A DNA stretch of 44,069 nucleotides from Azolla caroliniana (Eukaryota; Plantae; Polypodiophyta), in contig JBHGNT010000256.1 in NCBI GenBank assembly GCA_043228905.1, forward strand, positions 1 through 44,069, read 5' to 3'. Below, piece by piece: positions 21,980-34,785 of the stretch. Each line of letters opens with the position of its first letter. The first letter of the stretch is position 1. The notes below the pieces were generated by a model. It was not told the DNA's origin. It did no database searches and was given only the letters and a program-made list of their open reading frames with translations. The position numbers and the translations under genes are program-made.

Positions 21980-24900
21980 CTACTCGATGAATATTTGGAT
22001 CCGATCACCTCGTCCATTATCTATGTCCAGTAATTGTTGTCCACTTCTCATTTCTCCATCATATTTGTATACCGACTCATCCAACAATTCCGCTAGATTT
22101 ATCCCGGCGACTCCTGTAAAATGAGGAGAATCAATTATACATCATATCCACCTCTGGAATTTAGAACTAACACAAAAATGATAATAAATTATGTAAATAC
22201 CTGGAATGATATTTGCTAAGCCATCCAGAAATCCCGCCTGCACAGCCAACAAATTATCCATCATGAGTAGGTCTGTATTGATGTGTTACAACTGCATATT
22301 GATGAAATATAATAAATCCCAATTGCATGTTCTATGTATAAAAAATGTGATGTGATGGCAATTTTGATAATATCTGATAGATAAACTCCCATAATAAAGT
22401 TAAAGAGATCTGTTGACAGTGTGTAAATAAATTGAGCATTGAATTGGAAATCACGAAAAGCCACAACAAAGATGGTCTCGTCAAGAAACACTCTCAGATG
22501 TGTGTCTAATCTGCAACAAATAATGCATTATTCAGTGCATGAAATAGTTTTTAAATTCCCACTGCCGTGTGTAAGAACAGGTAAGTTTTCATCCAGTGAA
22601 CTCTAATATCCAATTGGAAAATGCATAACATAAACAATGAACTACTTGGAGGCTTATTGCAGCTACGCAAATTCTATGCATACTTCAGAATGGTAATAAT
22701 CAACTAAAACTTATTTTTGTAATTCCAATGAGCTCATTTTCTTCCATTTTGCTTGAAAAATAGTTCATAAAAGAATATGAGTTACCGGAACTCCCACATC
22801 AAGCTTCACTACTCCATTGTTTGCCGTGACTTTGACACGAAGTGTACGAGACCAAATCCTTGGCAGTGGCGCAGATGAACTCTCTTCTTTATCATCTTCA
22901 AGCACATCAGGTATAACATAATCATTTTTCCTGGTTTCCTCATCCCCAATTTCTGAAGAAATGACTTCCCTGGAGGATAAATCTTTGATAGCATTTCTCA
23001 CTACCACGTCTCCATTCCGGAGCAAATTCTGTTTCGAACCATCATCTATCATACATGAAAAAATTGGAAATGCTTAAAAATGCAATGTTGCAAAGTTTTG
23101 AGAAAATCGATGACTGATTTTATATGCAAGCACACCTGATTCTGTAAGCTCTTCAGAATTCGCTGAAATTTTGTACTTTTCCTCTTCCTGATAGTACTGA
23201 TTAAACCCAACTACTCTCTTGATCTCTTCAAAAGATGGGAGATCAGCAGGGGGTGGCATCCGGCCACTCTTTAGAGCAACCAAAGCATCCTGGAATCATC
23301 AATACCATAAAACTTTGGTCTAGAAGTGGTAAACTACAGAACTTTAGAAAAGATGTTCTTTCCTAGAAGAATCTATAAATCAATCAAAATAATTATGCAA
23401 AATAGTGAGCTGTATTTGATCAGAATGAAGGGAGTAAATGAAATTAAACGAATATGCTAAAACAGAGGACAAGAGCCAGCTTAATATCAGAATCCTACGA
23501 TTAATGAAGAATGTCTTTAATTTCTATTGCAAGATAATGTACCAGCATGAGATACTTGCTTATTTTAAAGTCATCAGATATAACAGATTTTATGTGGTTG
23601 TCATGATACCACTAATTGAAGTCATTTTTATTATAAAAGTCAACAGTATTTTGGCTCCCACATTTAGTGATGTTACAAATTGCTCTTCCCAATTATCTGT
23701 AATGAACCATAGTTTTGAAGTTGATACCTTTGGGATTTTTAAACGCAGAATTCCTCAAGTTTCATTTTTCACCACAAAGCAGCACTAAACATGATACAAT
23801 TTAGATTCTCAAACAGAAAATGGGAATATTTGCATGATTTGACAAGACAATGGTTTTTTTTTCCCATAAAATAGCTCAAGGAGAATGTACACACACCACC
23901 CCTGACGATATAAATTCTTCCTAATAAGATTGCCTTACACCTAGGTAGCATGTCTATACCAGGAAGATCAGAGAGCTGCATCAAACTGGATTTCTAAGAA
24001 GAGTTTTAACATGTTTATACAAGGAAGATCATAAACTGGGACGATCTGGATTTGTTTAAAACTTTTGGCAGATTCCATGGTAATAAATTCCATATGCAAA
24101 CCAGGATGACATCTACAGTGATAAATTCCTCACAGAGCTGAACGAGAAACATGTTTTCACTATATCATACATTCATGATCACTATCTATTAGACAGGGTA
24201 TTTTCACCAAGAGAAGTATGAAAAATTACAAAGTGCCTAAATCAATCAGATGATATTTCCAAGCACAACAAGTAGCAGCTACACTAAACCAATGATATTT
24301 CATTCAGCCTGTAGCCTAATACCCATAGGGAAGGATGTAAATGGCAAGGATACTTTAAATTGTAAAATTCACCAAAATCAAGCAAGACAAAAAGCCAAAA
24401 TAATTCTTGAGATATCTTCTCACTAAGAATTGACATCACACCCATCAATATCAACCCATATCATAAAACATCTGAGAATTCATCATGAACTCAAATGTGC
24501 TGCTTTCACAACTCTCTGAGCATAATGAGGAGCAACATACCTGCATTGCAGAAATCGACACTCCAATCAAGGAAAGTGGATATGACACAATCTTATATCC
24601 CAGTGCCTCCAGTTCAAGAGGAGTTAATATAGGTGTTCTTCCGCCACCTTCTAACATGTTTGCCTGAAACCGCCTTTATATATGAGATCAATCCTGCCAA
24701 AATTATACCGCATATATGGAAGCTAGAAATTTATGGTTCACACAAAGATAAAGAAAGATGTATTAGCATCTCTATAAAGCCATAATGGCCTATTGGACTT
24801 AGCAATGATTAGAACTGTTGATGTTAACTCATCAATGTGAGAAACAAAACATCATTCTACTCCAGCTTCTTAAACAGAAATGTTTTGAAGAATCAGCCAT

Positions 24901-27900
24901 TCCTAAAATAGTACATAAGGACATTTATACAGGTTTCTTCTACAGACATTTTTGGTATAAAAAGTGTACCATTTTAGGGATGCCAAGAGAGACGTTACAA
25001 AAGGCTAGCATTTCTTCCTTTGAATTCAATGCATCTATAAAAAGCACATCTGCCCCTGCCTCTGCAAAAGCTTCAGCTCTCCACAAAGCTTCATGCAGTG
25101 AAACAGCTTGACGAGCATCTGTGCGGCCAACAATAACTATATCTGATGAGCTTTCATTTCGTGCATCTACTGCAGCTTTGATCCGCATTATTGCTTCTTT
25201 TCTAGATACTACTTTTCTTCCTTTAGTATGCCCACAAGCTTTGGGAGAAACCTGTAAATATTTTAAGGATGGATCAGCATTTTCCACACAAATCGAGTTT
25301 ACCTTGAGCAAATTAAAGTACAATTTTTTTTCTTTCCCTATTATTTGGATAATGCTCCTACCATTATCCATTTATATTTCAAAAGCCCTAACACATAAAC
25401 CTTTACTTCTTTCTTCTCTTTATAAAAAACTAATTGCAATATAGTTTTTGTTTTTCCCTATTATTCGGAAAATGTGCATACCCTTATCTATTTTAACCTT
25501 TCAAAAACACGAAAGCATAAATATTTCCTTTTTTCTTCTCTTTTGTAACATTTCTATAAGTGACACTCTTTCAAAACCCACAAAACCCTCTTCAGGCCAT
25601 GCATAAGCCATAGGAGGACCATTGCTACTTAGAAGTTTTGGTGTTGAGTCTGGTACAAATTTAATAGCAAAATAAACTACAAAACAAATAGGGAAAGAAG
25701 AAAAACTTATTTCCTTATGGAGAGATAAAAGCTAACATATTTGACCATCACTGAATTCTCAAAATAGTGATTAGATGATCCTCTACAAAGATGCTCGGAA
25801 AAATATCCCTAAACTAGAAAATTATTGGAGGACTTATGAGACCCAAATTAGTTTCATTTATGGCTTAGGAAGTTTATACCAATCTGAAAACGATCCAATT
25901 CATATGCTTGACAAAGGGAAATATCCATTTACACTGGTTAATTCCTTCCCGATGTGTATTTAATACCTCTAGTTGCAAACAACTTAGTCATCCACTTAAT
26001 TTTCCGTTTTTCATATATCTCATCTACGTAAAGTTCCGTTTTTCATATATCTCATCTAGTCACGAATTAGACCTTGTCTAACTTTCAAGTTCAGAGCCAT
26101 GGGTCTCATACATGAATTACACTCCTTGTAAAGACTTTACAACTTTGAGCACCACCACTACTTACTACTATCTTAAGAGAATGGAGAACCAGTGGTGATA
26201 GCGACAAATAGCTTTGATGCTGACTCTCTGGAAGCTGAGCCCATTGATGCTCTAGCAAAACAACAATTTCTATTCAAAGTCCAAGCATGTTGCAATTCAT
26301 TATCATTACATCAAAATTAGACGTTAATAAAAAGAAATTTCTATTGCAATGTTGTTCTATGGACAATATGATAGCAGATACGTTATCAAATCTTTTGTCT
26401 AACAAAGCATAAAGATTTCACCACTCAGTAAAAGATCCTCCTCTTGCCCTCTACTTGATACACAATATTGAAGGGTGTCGCTCCCCACTAATGGCTGTTT
26501 AATCCGGGCACATGATCAAAACGGCAAGAAGCGAAATGCATACATGTTCACATCCTTGTCCAACCTTCTCAGTATTTTAAATCAAATCTATTTGTAGGTT
26601 TCTTTCATTGAGAGACCAATGTTGTAATGGGGGTGTTGGATATATATAGACAGACAGATAGATATATAGATATAAAATGGCTTCCAACAGGAAAAATGGA
26701 TGTGCTCCATGTGCCTAGCATTGCAAAGAATTCGGTCTCAGTAGGCTAAGTGGTAGCGCGGCCCATGCCAATGAGATTCCATACAAGCTGACACTTTATA
26801 GAGAATAAACCACCCATGGCTGTAATAGGAAAGTGAGAGGTGTGGATGTCCATCTTTGGTAATAGATATAGACATGTGTCACAAACAAGTTAGGCCATAT
26901 CAGCCCATCAACTCTAAAAACTACATTCAAAGAGTACATACTGAGCAAATTATGACAATTTGAAAGTCCGAAGATGCAATGGGTATTGAAACATGCCAGC
27001 TAGGAAAGCAAGATAAAACCACATTTTCACTTAGTAAGGCCTCTATCGGCAATGTTGGGGGAGAAGTTGAACAAGCACTATTTGACAGAAACAGCTAACA
27101 CTGTTGAGTGTATCCTCAGCAGATGGACTGCCATAGATGTACACAAGGTTGCACTTGAACAGTGCTTCTACCATAGAGAACTAGATCTCTCACAATTGAA
27201 AGTTTTTGGCTCAATGCCCTTTGCACATATACTAACATAACAAAGATCAAAGCTGGACACAGAAGCAGATAAGCGTATCCTAGATGGATACTTAGAAGAG
27301 CAAAAAGGTACGAAGGCTATAATCCGCTTTAAAGAAAATCCAAAGAAGCAGAGATGTAACCTTCAACGACATTAGCTCTCCATACACCAGTGACGAGGAA
27401 CAAGATTGTTCATGCAGCACTACTAGTTCAAGAGGAAGCAAATATATCAACAGACCTGAGAATAGGTACAACTTTGGAACTAAAGAAATAGTCTTCAGAA
27501 ACATTGAGTTCGCAAAAATGTTTGAATTAATGAGCACGGAGCAGTTTCAATCTGATATGGTGTCATTCACAATGACAAGGTATGTTAACTGGGACTGTGG
27601 TCACCTAACAAGCACAAGTGCAATACTTTCACAATACTGGTATGCACTGAAGCTCTTAAGGAAATATGGTATGCTGGAATGCAAAGAAATATTCGCCCCG
27701 TTGGAACAGGCCGTAAAGATATGCACAAATAGTGGAGCAATGCTAGAGGATCCAACAATGTATTGGCATATAGTAGGCAGTCTCATGTGTCTTACCATGA
27801 CAAAACAGTACTTTCATTGACCTATCATTAATCTCCATAGGTGTTAAAATCTCGGAGTTGGAATCTTGTTGCACTTGGACTGAATATGCTAAATGCGTTC

Positions 27901-29813
27901 AAGATCTCCTTTGTATATCTTTGTTGAATGATGAAGAATTTCACTGCCTCATACCAAACACACAGCATCCCAGATTTAATCCATGATGACCAAGTCTGTC
28001 ATCTCAAACTTGGTCCTGAAGTCCAAAATTATTATTTGTATTATACATGCAGAGTTTTCCCAATTTACTATTCTACATTCAGCCACATAATATTGTTTAG
28101 GGTCTATATTTAACTGATTATATCTTTGTATCCAAGCTCAAGATCTATGCAATCATTATCTACATTATATAGCCGGTAGTTTCATATTATGTCATGAGAT
28201 TAATGTCATAACTTTTACCTGATCTTCCAAAAGAATTCCTGCAAATCCTGCAGCTATATAACTTTTTACTGTACGTTTAACATTCAATGCATTTCCATAA
28301 CCATTATCTCCATCACCGATTACAGGAATAGAAACAGCAGATGTGATGTGCCGACCCTGATCAACCATTTCTCCAAATGATATTAAACCTGTGTCTGGTA
28401 AAGCCAATCGAGCCGCAGAAACTGCAAAGCCTGCAATGACAACAAATAGATCAAAAAGAAAGATAATCAAACATATTTAAATCAATGAGTGCAGATATAT
28501 CAGAGCTTATTGCAAAGAGATCTTTTATTTCATCAAAAAGGAGAGATTTATGAAAACAACAAGCTAATTTCTCCACAATTTACTTCGCCGCATGTTTAGA
28601 GAGAAGATTGACAAAATTCGAGGGAACTTTTACAGGAAACTTAGTACATAATGTTCTACCTGAGGAAATGCTCCGAGTTCAAGCTGTTTGCTTCAATCAA
28701 CAAGCTATTTTCTTGGCATTTGTTTAAAAAATGCCTCAAAGAGAAGCTCAACAAGCTAATTTACAGAGATTGCCCTCTTTGTACAGATCAATGAAGGTAC
28801 TTTTTTACAGTTTTTTTTCTTAACTTCAGATATATGCAAAGATGACAAGCTATTTACAGAGATAGGCCTGTTTGTTTCTATCAATAAGCTATTGTCAGAC
28901 AGCTTTCTTCATAATTTTTTTGAACAAAAAAATATCTCCATAAATTCAAGTGATTTTGAAGAAACTTCCACACAATAGTCATTTCAAAAGGTTTACCTCT
29001 TTTTTAGTCAAAAAAACTATTTTCTTTACAATGTATTTAAGAGAAGTTTGCTTTGAACCTCCATGGATACATGAAATCTGCGTACTTCAAACACTAAAAA
29101 GAAAACAAATAGAAGTAAAGGTGCACAGATTACATTTTCCACATAGATCAACCACCTCCTATAGATAAAATAAGCTATGTTCTTCACAATATCCTCAGCA
29201 ACAGGTACATGAAAAATGCCTTAAAGCACAAAAATTAATGAGAACCAGATATAGATGAGCTAAATTCATGGATTTTCACATAAAGCTTGCCTCTTTGTCA
29301 AAATTTTATACTTTTACGGATCTACCTGTTTCTTGAGATCAAAGAAGCTATTTTTTCACAGTTTCGTTGGCATCACATAATCCAACCGGATCAACAAAAG
29401 CAATGTTTCTTCTCAACTTTATTCATCCGCATATATCTCAAAGAGAAGATCAATTCATTACCACTCATGAAGGTGAAGGAGAATCCTGCATTCTCGACGA
29501 GCTTCGCACTGAGAGCATCATAGCAAGCAGGTCCTTGATGAATCCCAGGAGACGCTAAGATTTTCCTTAAAGAAGAAGAGGACGATAAGGATGATGATGA
29601 TGATGATGAGCCTCCTTCATTCTCGTCGCTTCTGCTGCTATTTCCGATACCGTTCACGACGATGAGGGACGAATCTCTTCGCTTCTTATAATGGAAGCGT
29701 CTTTCAGAAGTAAGACTGAGAGAAGGTCGAAATGCTGCACGGCTAGGGTTAGGAGCAGGAGCAGGATTGCACAGAAATAAGGAACTGGTCGCCGGTGGCG
29801 GCAGCAGCAGCAT
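21980..29813 (-). CDS. Isocitrate lyase/PEP mutase superfamily protein (carboxyvinyl-carboxyphosphonate phosphorylmutase / 2,3-dimethylmalate lyase-like), probable plastid transit peptide, ~517 aa
   Basis: Eight GT-AG exons in consistent phase: 29813-29462, 28430-28219, 25251-24970, 24663-24541, 23289-23136, 23045-22786, 22237-22201, 22113-21980 (1554 nt). Motifs: PACYDALSAKL, MSGFAVSAARLALPDTG, GDGDNGYG, LEDQVSPKACGH, GRTDA, ANMLEGGGRTP, and a plant-specific C-terminus WSRTLRVKV..AGFLDG..GDRIQIFIE*. Confidence 0.93.
26270..26480 (+). pseudogene. Highly degenerate Copia RNase H 3' remnant in intron 2
   Basis: Reads approximately KSKHVAIHYHYI...MIADTLS and is followed by a PPT-like attgaagggtg. 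Confidence 0.5.
26690..27830 (+). pseudogene. Degenerate, internally deleted Copia pol remnant in intron 2, antisense to the host gene
   Basis: Fragments DVLHVPSIAKN.VSV, LSQLKVFGS..FAHI..RSKLD and LSQ..YALKLLRKYGM..YWHIVGSLMCLT match Copia protease/integrase/RT motifs. Confidence 0.7.
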
Positions 29814-31336
29814 CGTGTTAATAGACGACAGGTGTCGGAAGGGAGAAACAAGAGGGTTGGTTTTTATAAGAGAGTAAAATAGAACGGTAAGGCTCTCGTA
29901 CAATACATAATAGATGATTTATGAACCTCCCGTGAACTTGGCTTTTCCATCGATCTCTTAGTCCTTGTAGCTTCCGGCATGACTCTAGCCTCTCTCGCCC
30001 TGTTTATGTTCTCTACGCATGAGAAGGAAGGCTATGGTTTAGATTCGCATGTTACGTAATAATGCCTTTCATATCATGAGATGCATTGCTTCCTTACCTG
30101 TCACCTCTTATATTGTGACCACAACCTTGAACTTGGCACTGTCATTGTCACTATTTTGTGGCTTTTATTTTGTACCTAGCCTTGGAGGTCGGCACTATGG
30201 TTACTAGCTTCCTAGTCAATATGTGTTTGAGAGAGGAATAAGGTCGGATCCACATGCTAAGTAAAGGATGTGACTTTTCCGAACCTCGGGCCTTCACTTC
30301 TACTTTCACCAGAACTCTTGAGTGTTTCTAATTCTAGTTATGAATCCTATTTTGTATAGAATGCTAGCTTTGGCTTTGTTCTGACTTGGTTGCCCTTGGG
30401 GGGGGGAAAGTTTATATAGAATTGATAAAGTTATTTCACTTCCTAGATTGGTGAACACTTTGTGTTTTGTATCTAAGCAAACCTACATTTAATCATGACC
30501 ACTTTTTTGTTTGTGGCTTGTGTTTTGAATTTTATTGAGTGGATATTACAGGATAACTTCCCATGAGGTCCTTCATCGAGGTATTTATTGTCTTATGCAC
30601 GCAACGCATGTGCTTAATAGCAAGGTTCTTGATAATTTCTACAATTCAAATCCCAATGACACCACAAAAAGTGTCAAGGGCGTCCAATCTAAGGGAGCAT
30701 TGTCCATGGCTCAAATGTTGCATGGCTTGGATCAAAACTCATTATGTGCCAACACATGGCTTGATTAGTCTTGCCATAAATTATGAGATCCATTGGCTTG
30801 GACAATTGGTTGTTCTGAACTCCAAGTGAAAAACGTCAACTGTCATTCTTCTCATGGGTCACGTGTTCACTGAAGCGCAAGAAGAAGACCGAACATTATT
30901 AGTACACGAGAAAGAAAAAAGACATGCAATTTTCGGAAGCTTCAAAAAAGGCAATATACAACTAAGTCGAGCGGACAAATCATTCTAATTTGTATGGTTT
31001 GTCGGAACGATAAAAACTGGGGGTTTTCAAACTGAAACGGGAGCATGCCGCCACAAAGATGAGGATGAAGGAAATTTGGGTGGGTGAGAAGGGAGACGTG
31101 ACTAAATTGTCTTACGGATAATGATAATGATAATGCTTAACCCCCACCCCCCCAAACAACAAAAGAAGGACTCATTTCTCGTGTGTAAATGGAACCTTGA
31201 AAGTAATAACTTTCCTCGCAGTCAACAGACACACACCCCTGCGGAGAGATACACACAGAAACAGAGAATTTAGAGCCTCACAAACATATAGAACGCACCA
31301 TTTTGCTCCACGAATTGGTCAGATCCTTGCTCCCCC

Positions 31337-32583
31337 ATGGCGGCTGCCTCTCCAGCTCCTACTTCTCTCGCTAATGCTAATTCTAATGATAACAGAAACG
31401 AACCCTCTAGCCCTGCCACTCCTAATGATAACCCAAACAACCCTCCGAGTAACCAGAACACTTCTACTTCGGATCAGCAACCAGTTTCTACCAATCCTCT
31501 CTTTGTAATCCAACCCTCTCCATTCGTTTCATCCACGTGAGTTCTCTCTCTCTCTCTCTCTTGCATTTCTGTTATTTATATGCTATTTATTATTCATTTT
31601 TATATGTTATATATATATTTCAATGTCATTGTTGTTTTCATTTCTTAATCCGGGCCTCTTAATTCTTGTTTGGAAATTTGAGGAGTTGTGTTTGCTGGCG
31701 ATCTTTGCATTAGATGAGCTGGAGATAGTGTGTGCAAGTTATTTGCTGATGTTTTGTTGTTCATATATGTATATATGTATGTATGTATTTATGTATGTAT
31801 GTATGTGTATGTATGTGTGTGTGTGTGTGTGTGTATATATGCATATGTACACACAGAGTTGAACAAATCCGTATGATGGCAGCAAATGAAGGTCTCAAGC
31901 TATAGACTAACTAGGCCAATATGTCTTCTTGAATAAGATAGAAAGAAAGCCAAAGTAAACACAGATCTTAAGTAACACCAATATGTATTCAATAAGATGA
32001 AAGGAGTTCCCTTATGAAGTGTGTCTCATGTGGGTTTTCTCTTCTATGCAGCCCTCCAGACTTAGAACCTAACGTCGGGGGCCTAACTAAAGTGCATGTT
32101 CAAGCATTGGATGAAATTATATCAGTGAACTCGTTTTTTACCGTGGCGGTCTTCATAGGCTTCTCCTTAACTAATCCCTCCGCCGACGGCAGTTTGGTTG
32201 GAAAGTGCTTTGTAGGTGCAGACTTCACCAAGTATCTCCTCGTTTTTGAGGTCATTGCCTTTAGTAGTTACCTCCTCTCTAGCCTTATAGCTCAAGGACT
32301 CAAGCTTTTGATCGTCATTTTGAATTCCAAAGACCAGGCCGAAGTACTTTCAGCTCAAATCAAGCCGCAAGTGTTAAGGTTTGGCATGCTTTTCACTGTT
32401 GTTGGGACCACCATGGGCACTGTCTTTCTTACCCTTTCGATCGTGTTCTTCATCCAAATAAGGCTAGGGCTGCTCCATTGTGATAATGTGTGGTCAAAGT
32501 GGGCCACCATTCCAGTGGTTACCATGGTTGGTGGTGGGTTAGTGACATTCTTGTTTTCATCCCTCTATGCCTTTAGTACATAA
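31337..32583 (+). CDS. MEE60-like (maternal effect embryo arrest 60 family) multi-pass membrane protein, ~243 aa
   Basis: Exon 1 is 31337-31536 (donor gtgagt) and exon 2 is 32052-32583 (acceptor tgcag), phase consistent. Motifs HVQALDEIISVNSFFTVAVFIG, LLVFEVIAFSSYLLSSLIAQGLK, LRFGML and IQIRLGLLHC are typical of the family; about 4 hydrophobic segments. Confidence 0.85.
31765..31850. repeat. (TATG)n/(TG)n compound microsatellite in an intron
   Basis: Directly visible. Confidence 0.9.
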
Positions 32584-32859
32584 GTTTCTCAGATGTTATG
32601 TGTTTGTGGTTCTTTTGTGCCGTCTCCACAAACATCGATGTTGCATAACAAGTGATTGTTTGATATGCCGATCACTTTTGGATGAAAGGAAAATATGGTT
32701 TCGTGATCTACTTTGTAAAGTTCATGTTTGTTGTGACTCTTCAGCTAAAACTATGAGAGAGATGATCGAACAAGTGTAGTTGGTGGTGTCAAACTTGTTG
32801 TCTTGTGTTGCATTTGGCATATGGTTCTGCAGAATTAAAAGGGGTGGATAAGCATGATT

Positions 32860-32926
32860 ACCCAATTAGTTGTAGCATCTTACTAATAACATGAGGCTCA
32901 TAAGTTTGAATCCTATGTAGACCCAA
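32860..32926 (+). other. Degenerate tRNA-derived SINE-like head
   Basis: B-box-like agtttgaatcc followed by tatgtagacccaaa, similar to the tail at 6925-6946. Confidence 0.3.
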
Positions 32927-33983
32927 ATTGGCCATTTGCAAGACACTAAGAAGATTAAAGGGTGGATGGATGAACATGCTCCCTTGCTTGAATCTTGATC
33001 TCCTAATATGCAAGAGATCTAAAGCAAGTCATTTCTACATTCTTGGACCAGCCTATTTGGTTTACGGTTAATTGCAATAGAGAGAGGTGGCGAATTGGTA
33101 GTTTTGTATCTTGGACTAGTTTTGAGTGAGCTTTTTTGAGTTGTTTGAAAGAAAGGAAAACCCTCTGGCCTTCATTGATAAAATGACCCGAGCAATTCTT
33201 TTCCACCCTAGTTCCTGCTTTTTGGCATTGTGGTGCGCACAACAAAAAGAAGACTCTTTCCAGGGAAAAAAAAATCATTGAAGATAAACAAATAGAAAAA
33301 ACCAATAGAGTTCATGATATAAGTTCCCCCCAATGTTGTAGCATGAAATCATGAAAAACAAGACAATATATGTTCTAAGACAATAGATAAGAGACTTTAG
33401 ATGTCCTCATTGATTGATTGAATCTAAGAAATGATGTTGACAAATTCAAGAGCTTAGGCTTCCATAATACTTAAATTTAAATAAGGTTTATCAATACCAT
33501 GATAGCGTTTGTTCATTATTGAGGTACTTCATGGTAAGTTTAAAATCATGCATGCTAACAACTTGCTCCTAATAGTTGGCATTACAAACTTACATTTGTC
33601 AAATAAATGGAAAAAATTGTACACTTCCTTGTAAGGATAAATTCTAATGGGAATACTAATACAAGTATTAACAAAATGGTATCCATGACATTGCATGTTT
33701 GAAGGTGCAAAAACACATGAAATATAGGGATTCACATGGAGCCTCTGACACCAATATATTTCATGTCTCCATTCTATACCATTTAAATCTAATGTATACA
33801 ATAAGTGGTTTATACTCTTCACTATCTAAAAATGAAAACGTAAAGATACATCAATGTCTTTAGATCTAGACAATTGAATCTTTGTTATTATGAATATCGT
33901 TGGTTGCAAAGTGACAAATATCTTTTCATTTGAAAAAAATAGAGAAGCATGTGCATCCACTTGAATCCACCATTGGAGATATC

Positions 33984-34785
33984 AATAAAGGATTTTTTAC
34001 ATTTTGATTTGAGTATGCACCACTTGATCTTTGTTTGGATATACAAAGTTGAGTAAACGTTTACATTTGAATATGCATCCACTCAATTACACGATTGGAC
34101 ATAACATGGTTGGAGTATCAATGAAAAATTGCTTCCACTTGAATCCACAATTGAACTCTCCCTACTAAAATATCTTTCCCCCTACTTTCATAATCATCCT
34201 TGAAATCCTTACCTCCCCCCCAACTCCCATTGAAACCCCTCTCTCTCTCTAATTCTATATCTCCTACCCTCCTTATATAAACTATCCTACACCCCACATG
34301 GTCATTTAGCACTGATAAAACCCCTTAGGGGCGAAACTAGTTTGCTCATCACCATTACCTATCCTAGTTACCTATCCCAATGTAGTTTTTGTTTATGATA
34401 ATTAAACTTGTTTTTAATCACTCTCTCTCTCTCATAGCAGTAGGATTATGTTGAAATTTGTTAATTATTTTATAATTAGTGCTTAATCCCACGTCCCTCT
34501 TTCCCTTTCCCTCTTTCTCTCTCGCTTAACCTACACTCTTACCTCTCCTTGCCACATATCCACTGATAACACACCATTCCGCACTCCTTGTCGATGAGCT
34601 AGCGGTCAATAAAATCGCAAAATAAGGGATTTTTTACATTTTGATTTGAGTATGCATCCACTTGATCTTTGATTGGATACACAAAGCTGAGCAAACATTC
34701 ACATTTGAATATGCATCCACTCAATTACACGATTGGACATAACATGGTTGGAGTATCAATGAGAAATTGCTTCCACTTGAATCCA
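33984..34785. repeat. Pair of ~165-bp direct repeats (33984-34147, 34621-34785) flanking a ~470-bp insert
   Basis: ggattttttacattttgatttgagtatgca...gcttccacttgaatcca is present twice with about 10 differences. Confidence 0.9.
34298..34355 (+). ncRNA. Degenerate minimal type I hammerhead ribozyme (Penelope-like element/retrozyme type)
   Basis: Stem I atggtcatttagca / tgctcatcaccat, core CTGATAA (canonical CTGATGA), stem II cccc-tta-gggg, CGAAAC, palindromic minimal stem III ACTAGT and cleavage triplet GTT. Confidence 0.6.
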
